Below are positions 1-12,557 of a stretch of 33,132 nt of DNA, one piece after another. A model generated the notes under the pieces. The model saw only the letters and a list, made by a program, of their open reading frames with translations. It was not told the DNA's origin and searched no databases. Location: the NCBI RefSeq assembly GCF_001194135.2, contig NC_068995.1:17450688-17483819 (forward strand), written 5' to 3'. Within the stretch, counting starts at the first letter, position 1, and each line of letters opens with the position of its first letter. A program made the position numbers and the translations under genes. This DNA is from Octopus bimaculoides (taxonomy: Eukaryota).

Positions 1-29
1 ATATATGTACATATATATAAACAGTGTAT

Positions 30-61
<32 letters not shown>

Positions 62-92
62 ACAACCTGAAAGTGAGTGCCAAGCGCATATA

Positions 93-1303
93 CACTGGGT
101 GGTCCCCAAAATAATGCGGTTCTTTCAACGGAAGATACTACCTGCATTGACTTGCTACAAAATTTTACCTTGTCCTTATTTTAGTACAAGATTTGAAGAA
201 TGCACTCCGATTTTTACTGTTATTTTTTCACAGCTATATTGGAAGTGACAAAGGAGCATATTCAGTATGTTTTGCTTTATGATTTCAATAACAGCAGCAA
301 CTCAAGGGAAAGTGCGAGGAATATTAATACAGTGTATGGGGATTGGACAATAAGCGTAAGCCAGTATCAACGGTAGTTCCAGAAATTCTGAGCCGGGAAC
401 TATAGCCTAGAATACGAGCCTAATCCTGGAAGATCTGTAGAGCTCGACGAGGACATCCTGTAAACTCTGGTGGAATAAAATCGTATCGTAACTGTTGAAG
501 AACTGGAAGAGAAGCTTGGATTTGGTCATTCAACCATTGATCGACAACTGCATGCCCTCGGAAAAGTCAGAAGACTGAGTCATTGGGTTCCTCACAAAAT
601 TTCGGAGTCTAATCGCGCGCAGAGTGTGAATGTATTCTTTTTTTGCTGCCACGTTTCATGAATGAACCTTTTTTGGACCGAAGGGTGACCGGTGACGCGC
701 AATTAGTTCTCTATAAAAATCTCAAGCGCAGATGAAAGTAGGTAGGGAAAGAAAAATCACCGCAAGCTCAGGATAAAGAAGGTGTTTGGTGGGATATGAA
801 ATGTTTAGTCGACATTGAACTTTTAAACCCGAAACAAACGATAACAAAGATCTACTGCGAGCAGCTGCAGTGGCTTAAATCAGCGCCAGAAGAGAGACGA
901 ACAACTTTAGTTTCAAGACGAAAGGTGCTCTTCCACCAGGATAATTCTCGGCCACATACAGCGAGGATGACATTCCAAAGGCTGGAGCAGTTTAAATGGG
1001 GAACAATTTTCCACTTTCCATATATGCCGGGTATTGCCTGATCTGATAATCATTCATTCCGCTGTCTTCAAAATCATTTGGACGAAAAATATGAATCCTG
1101 TAGAAGAGGTCAGAACAGTACCGAAGGAGTATTTTTCGTCATGCAAAAGTGGATTTTACTAGAGGGACATTTCACGTCTGCAAGACAGCTGGAAAATCAT
1201 TGTAGAAAATGAAAGAGTGTATGTTATTTAAAACGAAATTTGTTGATCATATTTTTGAAAAATAAAAGAAGTATAAAAATACCGAATTATTTCTGGGATG
1301 ACC
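93..1303 (+). mobile_element. Near full-length, degenerate mariner (IS630-Tc1-mariner, DD34D) DNA transposon
   Basis: Terminal inverted repeats: left GGTGGTCCCCAAAATAATGCGGT (98-120) vs reverse complement of right end 1281-1303 GGTCATCCCAGAAATAATTCGGT (18/23 identical). TA dinucleotide at 91-92 precedes the left end; the right flank runs into an N gap. Length ~1.2 kb is typical of mariner. Confidence 0.92.
239..1230 (+). pseudogene. Mariner transposase pseudogene (stops, frameshifts, small deletion)
   Basis: Manual translation: (M>L)EVTKEHIQYVLLYDFN...SARNINTVYGD...FQKF*AGNYSLEYEPNPGRSVELDEDIL...LGFGHSTIDRQLHALGKVRRLSHWVPHK (HTH region + WVPH motif); FLDRRVTGDAQLVLY (first catalytic D); VWWDMK; VLFHQDNSRPHTA...FPYMPGIA*SDN (decayed YSPDLAPSD, 34 residues between the 2nd and 3rd D). 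ORF 796..1041 is part of this. Confidence 0.92.
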
Positions 1304-2435
1304 NNNNNNNNNNNNNNNNNNNNNNNNNNNNNNNNNNNNNNNNNNNNNNNNNNNNNNNNNNNNNNNNNNNNNNNNNNNNNNNNNNNNNNNNNNNNNNNNN
1401 NNNNNNNNNNNNNNNNNNNNNNNNNNNNNNNNNNNNNNNNNNNNNNNNNNNNNNNNNNNNNNNNNNNNNNNNNNNNATATATATATATATATATAAATAA
1501 ATATGGCATATATATATATATTATATACAGACTCCACAAAAGTAGGAATACACTTACCTCACCATTCTCCTTTCAAACCTTCCGGGTTTTTACTCGGATT
1601 AGATTAGATGATTCTTTTAATATAAATGTAGTCAATATATAACTACATTTCCTCAAGAAGTTCAAAAATGTGCAGTTATTATGGCCACCTGTCGAAGTTT
1701 TTCCATTTTTTAATATTCATATTTTATACTTTTGCACTAGCAATTTTTGTTGGGCTTAATGCATATTGTCAAATGTAACCCTTTGATCCGGCAATAGTGC
1801 TTGCTAGCAAATCCTCAATTGTTAAGCCTCCATTTCTTAGTAAATTGGAGACTTTCCCTGCTATCCTTTGAAAAGTTATGTCTCTGGGTTGGTTTCGGAA
1901 ACAATAATACATTTAAATATAAGCCTCAACAATATATTAAAACCAATAACATATGATATGCGTGTGGAGATATGAACAATTAAATGTGCGTGCTCCAAGC
2001 TATCTTAAAGAATATAGATTAAATTATTTTATGATGGTCAAGTCACATTCTATTTGAAGACCTTTGTGAAAATTATGTTTGTGAAGTTGCAAAGTCACTG
2101 CTATATTATAGATGCATAGGTTTATCCAGTGTAATATGACGTGCAGTCACTTATGACATCCGAATATGAATTCATTGTGCTACTACAACCAGTATAATCT
2201 GAGAACTACAAGATACTGGCAAAAATTCGGGAGTGGCTTGTTGGAGTGTTCAAAAGATAGTGAGAAAGTGTGGAAAAAGATTTTGTGAGGCAAATTGGGA
2301 AGAAAAATAAGACTAAATTGTGCGATGGTTTTATGAGCATGTACATAAATACGTAGCGTTTTCTCCAAGAAAAAAAAAAAATCTTTATCTCAAATAAACA
2401 AAAGATAGAGAAAATTCTTTGAAATGCATGCATAT

Positions 2436-2516
2436 TGGTTTCAGATTTTGGCCCCAGACTAGCAAGTTCGGAGAATGAGGTAATATAATCGACCCCAGTA
2501 GTCAACTGGTACTTAT
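2436..2516 (-). mobile_element. SINE fragment (cephalopod-type)
   Basis: Shares the ATCGACCCCAG...GGTACTTAT motif with the tails of SINE copies at 22633-22655 and 14120-14135; remainder resembles an octopus SINE as I recall it (not database-checked). Confidence 0.5.
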
Positions 2517-4919
2517 GTGCACCATAAGTATCAATATATTATCAATAAATATATTCAGAAATTTACTAATTGTATGGAAAATATATTTAGTCAAGTGAAA
2601 GCAGAAAAGGAATGTTCAGTGTATATGATACAAATAATCACCACGGAACTTCCTATTATATTATAACTATATATAAACATCTAAATTCATCGATACATAT
2701 GACAGGAAATGAATATGATTTCTATCCAATTGTCTAAGAATGAATTAGTATTTGAACAAGCGAATTTATGCAACTAAATACGATGGAAAATGTGGCCGTC
2801 AAATTAGCAGTTTGTAAAATTTACCAGTTTTAAAATATATGAGAGAGATACTATGTAGACACTGGACACGTTATTAAAAATATAATCATTAAAACACCGG
2901 ACACATATTTAAGGTATTATTTCGTCAGAAATCAAATCTCAATGTGCTCAAATTTGCATTTAATCATCCTGGAAGCGAATATATTAATCGGGTACTGGGG
3001 TTGATACACTCGACTTTTCATTACCCACAAATATTGTGTCCATAAGCCTATATTAGAATGCTCAGGTAAAGAAGGAAGTTTGATCGTGGGTAACTTAAAA
3101 AAGAAATACATACATATGCTCATCCGACAATAGAGCAATGAAAAAGTTTACATGATGCAACTTTTGCTTATATTCGTCTGTAATGCCAAAATGAAATAAA
3201 TGTAAGGAAATACAAATCAAGCGTTGAATATGAAAATATTTATATAGAATACAGACAAGCATTTGGCTATAGTTTGTCGGAATAATCTAAAGGAAATATT
3301 TTTCATTTGGATCAATAGCATTCATAAAGAATTACAACAGCTGAGAAGGTAGGACATAAAAGACGAATGATAAAACGTTAGAAATGTTATAATCATGGAT
3401 ACACTTCCAGACTGGAAACTGACTGGAGAACTATGTATGATTAGTTACTATACATAAATACACGATTCAACAACAGCATTCCTTTATGAATGGACTGTCA
3501 GTTCAAAGAGTTTATTTTCTTTGCTAAAACCAATATTCCCTTTTTATTAATGCTCTTTATGTATTTTCGTTAGGTCAAGCGTCTAGAGATCCGAGAAAAT
3601 AACTATATGTCTGAATTATAACTGCCTGACCAATAGCCATTCTGATCAAGAATATATGCAATTAAATGTTCAACTAATTTACATTCAAACGGCAAGCTAC
3701 ATATTTTCAGTTGTTTTAAAATGTAGCTTAGCAAAGTACATAAATGCTGAATGCGTGTCTGAGAGATAAGCAATAGCATGATGAAATCGCCCCAAGTGTA
3801 CATATCGACCAGTATGTCCGGAAATAGTCATAAAAATGTGTGTCATTTACTACACGCTTTCCGAACATTCATCGCCCGTTCACAGATATCCAAGGAAGAG
3901 TAGTCAGACCAAAGGAATTAGCTCCATTTGTTAGTAACAACATCTCACGGTGAATGAACATGCCTAATCTGGAATTTTCTTTGATGTAGAGATTGTGGCT
4001 TCACGGCAGCGCGTCTTGGTATCATTACAATTAGGTTTGAGTAAATGTCCCTCTGAAAGTGTATTTGTACATGCATACGTACGTGTGTAAGTGTGTGTTT
4101 ATGTGAGTGTGTGCTGTGCTTATGGTTTAGTCTTCCAGCATTTGTCTGCAATTTTGTTCGCACACATCTGTGTATCTACTTAACAACCATCGCTCATTCT
4201 TCTCTGTCTATCTGTCTATCTGTCTCTGTCTCTGTCTTTCTCCCTCTTCATTTACATACATAAATATATATATATATATATATATACATGCAGACACAGA
4301 TAACGAATGAAACAATGAGGGAGAGGCAGAGAGGTATATATGGCTGCTGTTTATGGAAAAACAGGTTGACAAATGTAGGAAGACCAAACCGCACATAATA
4401 CATACACACACACACACACACACAGATACACGCACAGACACAGACCCATAAACACAATGAAATACAATGCGTGCAATAAAAAATGGGTTTTCATTTAACG
4501 AACTAATTTTATTCCTATAGTTTTTGCTTACCTGAATTCTAAGCCATATTACATATGTATGGCATTTTGTTTATTTTTCATCTTCACTTTATATAGATTC
4601 ATGGTTTCTGCTTAAACCAAGAAGGCATATGAAAATTAGCGTGGAACTACTTTTCAAAGATGAACTATGCATTAAAACGCATCTCTGTCGAATGTTTTTT
4701 CCCGTTCTGATATAATTCCTTGGGAGTCTCTCTTTTATTCAGAATCACATGACAAAATAATCGTTTCCAAAGCGATTCCAGAATATTCCTTTAAAGTATT
4801 TTTCAAAGTAGTAGAGAATCTTCATTAGAAAGCTAATGCTGGGACTGAATAAATGATAAATACCTATTGTATGTGTATATGTGTATGTGTATATGCGCGT
4901 GCGCGTATGTGTTTATATA

Positions 4920-4969
<50 letters not shown>

Positions 4970-5380
4970 CACACTCACCCACATCCACACACACATATAC
5001 ACACTATACATAAGCATACACACAGTAATACGCATGTTGGTCTATCTATCGTTCAAGACATCTATCTTTAGCTTTTGTCTTTTTGTCCGTTTGTCAGTCT
5101 CTCTCTATATATTTGTGCGTTAGTTTGTGTGTGTCTGTAAATATATATATAAACCAATACAAACGCACGCACACGCACACGCCCATATATAGGTAACCAT
5201 AAACGTGTATATATACACACATTCATGTATATGCGAACGTGTGTCAGTGTAATATCACTACACGTCTATGAATCATGAATATTTGCTATTCCGTACGAAC
5301 TATTTTTTTGTTTATAATCATATAATTCCTAAATATGTAACTTGGTAAAAATTTACCATCAGCTATGTAATTAGTTTCGC

Positions 5381-5438
5381 AACACACACACACATACATA
5401 CACACACACAGACACACACACACACACACACATGCACA

Positions 5439-5515
<77 letters not shown>

Positions 5516-5530
5516 GCATACACACACGCA
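5381..5530. repeat. Long (CA)n/(TG)n microsatellite
   Basis: ~150 bp of nearly uninterrupted CA dinucleotides; source of the CVCVCV/HTHTHT ORFs. Similar shorter tracts at ~27-62, 4403-4440, 6181-6210, 8185-8210, 8341-8372, 10613-10680, 13141-13187, 23607-23636, 27586-27626, 28527-28560. Confidence 0.98.
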
Positions 5531-6179
5531 TGTACACACGCGTGTTCGTATATTTTTTCCCCTTCCCTCCACATTGCTGGCAGTTTAATTTTATGTAATT
5601 ATATTTTTTTAGCGTTACAATATATGTAAAACAAAGTGTTTCACAAATTTCAGCAAATATTACTAAATTTATAAATATAAGTAAATATCACGAGTAATAT
5701 AAGAACATTAGGCAAAATATTTTCTAGAGATAAGTGGGTAATTACTCAAAGAGATTCCAGACATAAACACCATATTTTGCTTAGTCAAATATTGTTCAAT
5801 GCTACATATAACGTAATCGTATTAACATATCCGGAAGTGTACGTTCGATTGCATTTTAAGATATCATCATGAACCTAATATCATTTGAATTTTATTTTTT
5901 GTGTATAAATTGAAGCAAAGAATAATTGATTTACGTTTATTGTCAGCGAGGCATAATATTTTCAATCGGATTTATTCTTACTTTACAAATGTAGAATTTC
6001 TGAAATTACATATTTGTCAGATTGGTATCTGGGGCAATGATTTTTTTTTTAAAGAAAGCTAAGAAAGGAATCCTACATTCTTTTAAATAAGTTAAAACTA
6101 TACAAATGCAGACAGACTCACACCATATCGAGATACTTTTTACGGACTCATATCTCCGACAGACAGAGAAGGTGAACAG

Positions 6180-6219
<40 letters not shown>

Positions 6220-8339
6220 TATATAAGTATTCTGGCGTTTGTCTATCTCATGAGAGTCTAAATGTGCATTTGTACTACTCATCTGAAAATTGCTGGCCTA
6301 GGAAATATATTCTATTTATTATATGTTAGGCGAAATAAATCCGATTCAAATATCGTTTTGGTTTCATTAGTAAACGCTTGCCACTTAAGGAAACACTATG
6401 ACGGCATTTAGTGCATCATCAACTCCTTCGTAATACTTGACAAATTTATATCATGTTAAGTCCACGTTATTTTGTAAAGCGTACTCTGTGGGATACATCC
6501 CTTCATCAGTGATCATGGGTGGTCACATCATTGTTGGAATTTTTCCGCAGTATTGCACCATCCCGTGGCACAAAGAAACATTAAAGACAGGAGGGAATAA
6601 ATGAGTACTTATGTGTCATTTTGTTGCAAATTTGTCCATGCAGTTAGCTAATCAGTTGTGAGAGAGGCGCAACTACGCTTGGAGAGATTGTTTTGATTTG
6701 ATACTTGATAATTTTTCTCGACTTTGATGTTATTCTTTTATACATTTCTTTATCATTGATAAAGCTTTCTCCATTAGCTGTAATAATTCGTGATTAATTG
6801 CTTTACTTTTCTTTCTAATTTCAATGCAACATCCGTAGGATATTACATTATCCAAGACCAGACTAAACGTTTCTACTGGATCACAGCGCGTGATTTTGCT
6901 CATACAGTCTATGACTCACCAATTGCGTATAAACTTTCCGAGACACTATGAACGCATCAATCAAGTCATACCTATAAACGCACAAACATTTTAAGGTAGT
7001 ACCATTTCCAATTTCTGCTTACATAGAAAATATTCTGATATGTCGTTGATCATGATACGTATGTCGAAAATGATAATTTGGCAGTAACTATAGAGATTAG
7101 AATTATCTTCTTGTATATATTTTTCTGGAAACTCAAAGTTTGCTTAAGCTTATATGGTCCGTAGAACGTTGAAGCAACTTTTGTACTTAGCACGGGAGTT
7201 AAATGCAAAATATGTGAAACAAGACAAAATGTTAAAACTCCCTAAAAAATATAGTTAATTACTTAGTCTTCGGCCCAAAATTGTGGGATGTATTATATAT
7301 GAAATCACATCTTATTCGAGTAAATAGAACGTAAGCATGTAATTGGTTCGAAATAATCAATCAAACGGTGTGTTTCATATACTGTGGTACTAATTCTATT
7401 GCGAGTGAATGGTAATATGTTTAATTGTATTTTATATGACCAATACGGAAGAAAACTGTAATTAACATTTTAGATTATTTAATGCTGTACCTTCCTCTTA
7501 ATTGGGTACATGTACATGTATATGTTAGGTGTAAACGAAGTTGTCACTTCTTAGGTAGATACAACCTACGATAACATCAAACCCCACTAAAAACTTGTGA
7601 ATGTAATGCAATAGACAGACATTTTGTGGAATATCTTAAGAGGAATGATTCCCGCTGTTGGATTGTAGAATTAAGTTGAAGACGATTGGTAGGATATATA
7701 AAATGAATTCTGAACATAGAAACTCTGTTGGTAACAGTGACACCGAAGGAGAAGAAGCAAAGGACATCATTTCTATAAATCGTATCTAGTGATAAAATCA
7801 CCGATGTGAAAACCTTATTAAATATTTTCAGCTGCATGAAACCATGCCAGCATTAGTATCATATCGTTTACTGAATCTCTCGATCTGTCGACGATTTTTC
7901 ATGCTTCGATCCTACTATTAAATACTGTGCTAAATTCATAATGGAAATAGGATTCCTAAACTATCAGTAATGTATACACAAACACCTGTCCAAGTGATGT
8001 CCAACTTAAAAATTGGAACACATTTCTAGGTTTAATTTCCTTCATTGAGTGCTACAAAGCAGATCGTTCCATTGAAGCATTTGAAATTTTGACGATGTGG
8101 ATATGATATAAATATATACTCGTTAACAACCGCTTTTCTCATACCAAACTAATGTCGTCTGCCTGTTTTGCGTACTTGCATTTATTTGTGTGTGTGTGTG
8201 TGTGTGTGCGTGCGTGTATATGTGTGTAAAATGCATACAAATAGACTTATAAACACATACTCATACAGTTATCATTCTATATACACATATATATCTCTAA
8301 TTAAATATACATGCAATAATTTCCCCAAAAGTCTATTTT

Positions 8340-8376
<37 letters not shown>

Positions 8377-9280
8377 TGCCTGTTTGTATATGTATGTATG
8401 CATGTATGTATATGTATATATATTGATATTTACATATATATATATGTACACACACTGATATATACATATATACTACACACACACACATATGTATATCCAG
8501 AAACGATAGAGGAGGAGGAAGAAGGGTAGAGGAAAAGCATGGTGATGAAGAGGAGTATGTTTACGGAAATAAAGATTATATCAGAAGAGAGGCAAAAATA
8601 ATATAGCTCTGTCGAAAATGATGTATGTAGATACTTCAAATTTCTGCAGCATCTTTTTTTCTCTAAATAGTGCATCATTTTTATCTTTCAGTGTTCTGTC
8701 CGTTATCTTTTCAGACCTTCTAAATATTGTATTATTTTTGCCAATCTACGGCAGCTGTTCAATAAATTAATATATTGTAAAGGCAGGCATGTGGATAATT
8801 GCATGCCCTGTAACAAGTAGCATTTCTCACCAATCCCATCGTGAAGTTGCAAGAAAACGCAAGTTTCAAAGAAAGATTTTTGCTTTTGAAGGAAAATTTA
8901 AATGTATAAATTCATGTACGTAGACGGCACTCCACCAATCTCTCATGTGTATCTCTCTGTCTTTTCTATCCCCGCTTTTCACGTCTTCTTACTATCTTCT
9001 CTCGTTTTTCTCCTCTCTATGACACAGTGTTATATAATTTCATATGTAAAGTCTTCAGATAACATAGTCATGACAGAGAATCGTTTTACTTCCGGCCTAC
9101 TTCCGGTTTTATCAATGCCATCTGCGTTCAGTTTGACTGAACATGGAAAACATTCTGTTTCTACATTTATTCGAGGAGACAAAAGTAACAAAACAACAAT
9201 GTCTTCTCTAAATATTACATTTAGTGTCCCTCCTTCAATCGCCACTTAACAGGTATGTTTATATATATGTGTGTGTGTGC

Positions 9281-9314
<34 letters not shown>

Positions 9315-10304
9315 NNNNNNNNNNNNNNNNNNNNNNNNNNNNNNNNNNNNNNNNNNNNNNNNNNNNNNNNNNNNNNNNNNNNNNNNNNNNNNNNNNNNNN
9401 NNNNNNNNNNNNNNNNNNNNNNNNNNNNNNNNNNNNNNNNNNNNNNNNNNNNNNNNNNNNNNNNNNNNNNNNNNNNNNNNNNNNNNNNNNNNNNNNNNNN
9501 NNNNNNNNNNNNNNNNNNNNNNNNNNNNNNNNNNNNNNNNNNNNNNNNNNNNNNNNNNNNNNNNNNNNNNNNNNNNNNNNNNNNNNNNNNNNNNNNNNNN
9601 NNNNNNNNNNNNNNNNNNNNNNNNNNNNNNNNNNNNNNNNNNNNNNNNNNNNNNNNNNNNNNNNNNNNNNNNNNNNNNNNNNNNNNNNNNNNNNNNNNNN
9701 NNNNNNNNNNNNNNNNNNNNNNNNNNNNNNNNNNNNNNNNNNNNNNNNNNNNNNNNNNNNNNNNNNNNNNNNNNNNNNNNNNNNNNNNNNNNNNNNNNNN
9801 NNNNNNNNNNNNNNNNNNNNNNNNNNNNNNNNNNNNNNNNNNNNNNNNNNNNNNNNNNNNNNNNNNNNNNNNNNNNNNNNNNNNNNNNNNNNNNNNNNNN
9901 NNNNNNNNNNNNNNNNNNNNNNNNNNNNNNNNNNNNNNNNNNNNNNNNNNNNNNNNNNNNNNNNNNNNNNNNNNNNNNNNNNNNNNNNNNNNNNNNNNNN
10001 NNNNNNNNNNNNNNNNNNNNNNNNNNNNNNNNNNNNNNNNNNNNNNNNNNNNNNNNNNNNNNNNNNNNNNNNNNNNNNNNNNNNNNNNNNNNNNNNNNNN
10101 NNNNNNNNNNNNNNNNNNNNNNNNNNNNNNNNNNNNNNNNNNNNNNNNNNNNNNNNNNNNNNNNNNNNNNNNNNNNNNNNNNNNNNNNNNNNNNNNNNNN
10201 NNNNNNNNNNNNNNNNNNNNNNNNNNNNNNNNNNNNNNNNNNNNNNNNNNNNNNNNNNNNNNNNNNNNNNNNNNNNNNNNNNNNNNNNNNNNNNNNNNNN
10301 NNNN
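9315..10304. other. Assembly gap (largest of 11)
   Basis: N runs at 1304-1476, 9315-10304, 11400-11963, 13188-13197, 14536-15100, 18616-18936, 20118-20898, 23433-23546, 24722-24812, 28595-28951, 30289-30716; most abut (TA)n tracts. Confidence 1.
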
Positions 10305-10521
10305 GAGTATATACTTATGTTTATATTATTTTGTGGTGCAATGTATGTATGTCTGTTTGAGGAAGACGGTTGTGTCTCCATACATAATGGTTGAGACGAA
10401 CTTATATTATTTAAGATTCAATGAATACTGGTGTTCAGTGTCTTCAATCGGACAAATGTTTTAGGCATGAGAAACTAATCCTGCTTTGCGACATACAATT
10501 ATAACAGAAGCTATATACACG

Positions 10522-10566
10522 TCTATAAATATATGCATCTATAAATATATGCATCTATAAATATAT
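10522..10566. repeat. 16-bp tandem repeat (TCTATAAATATATGCA x ~2.8)
   Basis: Directly visible: tctataaatatatgca tctataaatatatgca tctataaatatat. Confidence 0.9.
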
Positions 10567-12051
10567 AGGTGCAACGTACATAAGCACATACACGCACTTA
10601 TATATTCGTGCACACACACTCACACACACACACACACACACATGCATGTGTGTGTGTGTGTGTGCGCGCGCGAGAGTGTGTGTGCGTAGGTGACGCGTTG
10701 GCAGAGTCGGAAGAATGGTTTACAATAGTTGGTTCTGCTCTTTACACTCATCTTTTGAAAAATTGGTAGAACTTAATTTTGTATTTCATGACCGATACAT
10801 GATACAGCGGTCCTTTACAGGTGTATCTCTGTCTGTCTGTCTGTCTATCTCTCACTCTATTTCTCTCTCCTTCTCTCTTTTTTTTACATGCGATTGAACA
10901 TACATGTAAACAATAAAGCAGATGTTCATACATGTATGTTCAATCATAAGAGAAACATACGGGGCCGTGAAAAAATCAAACTTCCTTTGGTCAAATCTAA
11001 TGTGTTTTCTTCATATTACTTTCATTCTAAGATTTATATCTCAGGCTTGCTGTGATGAATTACAAGAAACGGTCATTGATTGTTTCGTTTTCTTTTTTTT
11101 TCATTTTCCATTGTCTTTGGTAAGTAATGAAAATTCCGAAATAGGCCCAAAATTTAATGGAGCTTCCTCATTAGTGTAAAATGGTAAAAATGTTTAAAAG
11201 CAAACATCGCACTAGCAAAACAGCATTAATGTAAATGCCTTAGGAGACATAGTGAAGATTCGTAGATATTATAAATAATACTTAATAATATATTCTACAA
11301 ACGTGAAAACGTCCTCAAAAATGATGTGGGATGTGCAATACGTATGTCGCAAAAGATTAATAAAGTCTAGAATTTCTCTTCCACATATCATTTTCCTTAN
11401 NNNNNNNNNNNNNNNNNNNNNNNNNNNNNNNNNNNNNNNNNNNNNNNNNNNNNNNNNNNNNNNNNNNNNNNNNNNNNNNNNNNNNNNNNNNNNNNNNNNN
11501 NNNNNNNNNNNNNNNNNNNNNNNNNNNNNNNNNNNNNNNNNNNNNNNNNNNNNNNNNNNNNNNNNNNNNNNNNNNNNNNNNNNNNNNNNNNNNNNNNNNN
11601 NNNNNNNNNNNNNNNNNNNNNNNNNNNNNNNNNNNNNNNNNNNNNNNNNNNNNNNNNNNNNNNNNNNNNNNNNNNNNNNNNNNNNNNNNNNNNNNNNNNN
11701 NNNNNNNNNNNNNNNNNNNNNNNNNNNNNNNNNNNNNNNNNNNNNNNNNNNNNNNNNNNNNNNNNNNNNNNNNNNNNNNNNNNNNNNNNNNNNNNNNNNN
11801 NNNNNNNNNNNNNNNNNNNNNNNNNNNNNNNNNNNNNNNNNNNNNNNNNNNNNNNNNNNNNNNNNNNNNNNNNNNNNNNNNNNNNNNNNNNNNNNNNNNN
11901 NNNNNNNNNNNNNNNNNNNNNNNNNNNNNNNNNNNNNNNNNNNNNNNNNNNNNNNNNNNNNNNTATTTGTATATATTTATATTATTTTTGTTATTTCTTA
12001 TATATAATGGATATACGAGAATTTTTATTATTAATCAGGACAATTGCTATG

Positions 12052-12479
12052 ACACATCTACCGTCGATCATTCACAGGTGGGACACGTAACAACTGGTTC
12101 AGGAACATTCGGCGTTGAAGATGTATCTAATCGAATGATAAATAGATACCACTCGTGAAAATAGCATTTCCGCAATACATCTCATTTTGTAGAATGAAAA
12201 GCAGCTAAACGAAAGAAATATCTTCGTTGATATACTTCTCTCACTGTATTTTGTGTTCGTTTCTTTTTTGCATTTCTGATTTTATTTTTGATCTATATAA
12301 ATAACGATATTTCCTTTGTTTTGCTGCTTTTCTTTCTACGAAATGTGAAAATACATTGCCGTACTGATATTTTAACGAGTTGTATCTATTTATCACACAA
12401 TGAGAAACATTTGCATCACCGGATGCCCCAGAACCAGTTGTTAAGTGCCCCACCTGTGAGGGATCGACGCTAATCGTGT
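12052..12479. repeat. Long inverted repeat / fold-back (possible MITE): arms ~12062-12234 and ~12295-12469, ~60 bp spacer
   Basis: Left arm CGTCGATCATTCACAGGTGGGACACGTAACAACTGGTTCAGG...TGATAAATAGATACCACTCGT...GAAAAGCAGCTAAACGAAAGAAATATC aligns with the reverse complement of the right arm CGTCGATCCCTCACAGGTGGGGCACTTAACAACTGGTTCTGG...TGATAAATAGATACAACTCGT...GAAAAGCAGCAAAACAAAGGAAATATC; roughly 75-80% identity by eye. Confidence 0.93.
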
Positions 12480-12557
12480 TGAACTAACTGCTGTGATTGA
12501 TAATAAACCATTTGTCTCATATATATCTACATATATTTGTATATATATATATACTAT

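Noticed and set aside
1558-1885. Perfect minus-strand donor GAG|GTAAGT at 1558 with upstream peptide DITFQRIAGKVSNLLRNGG...
   Set aside because: All frames contain stops before the donor and there is no suitable nearby acceptor; consensus hexamers occur by chance at this density.
4208-5629. ORFs rich in CVCVCV, HTHTHT, YIYIYI
   Set aside because: Translations of dinucleotide microsatellites, which lack stop codons.
8902-9249. Antiparallel ORFs 8902..9249 (+) and 9030..9245 (-)
   Set aside because: Neither peptide resembles a family I recognise; the plus frame stops just before the donor at 9253, and the N-terminal part is a translated pyrimidine tract.
9221-10464. Long ORFs (up to ~400 aa) spanning N runs, here and at the other gaps
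   Set aside because: They consist almost entirely of X from assembly gaps flanked by (TA)n-derived YIYI; not evidence of coding sequence.
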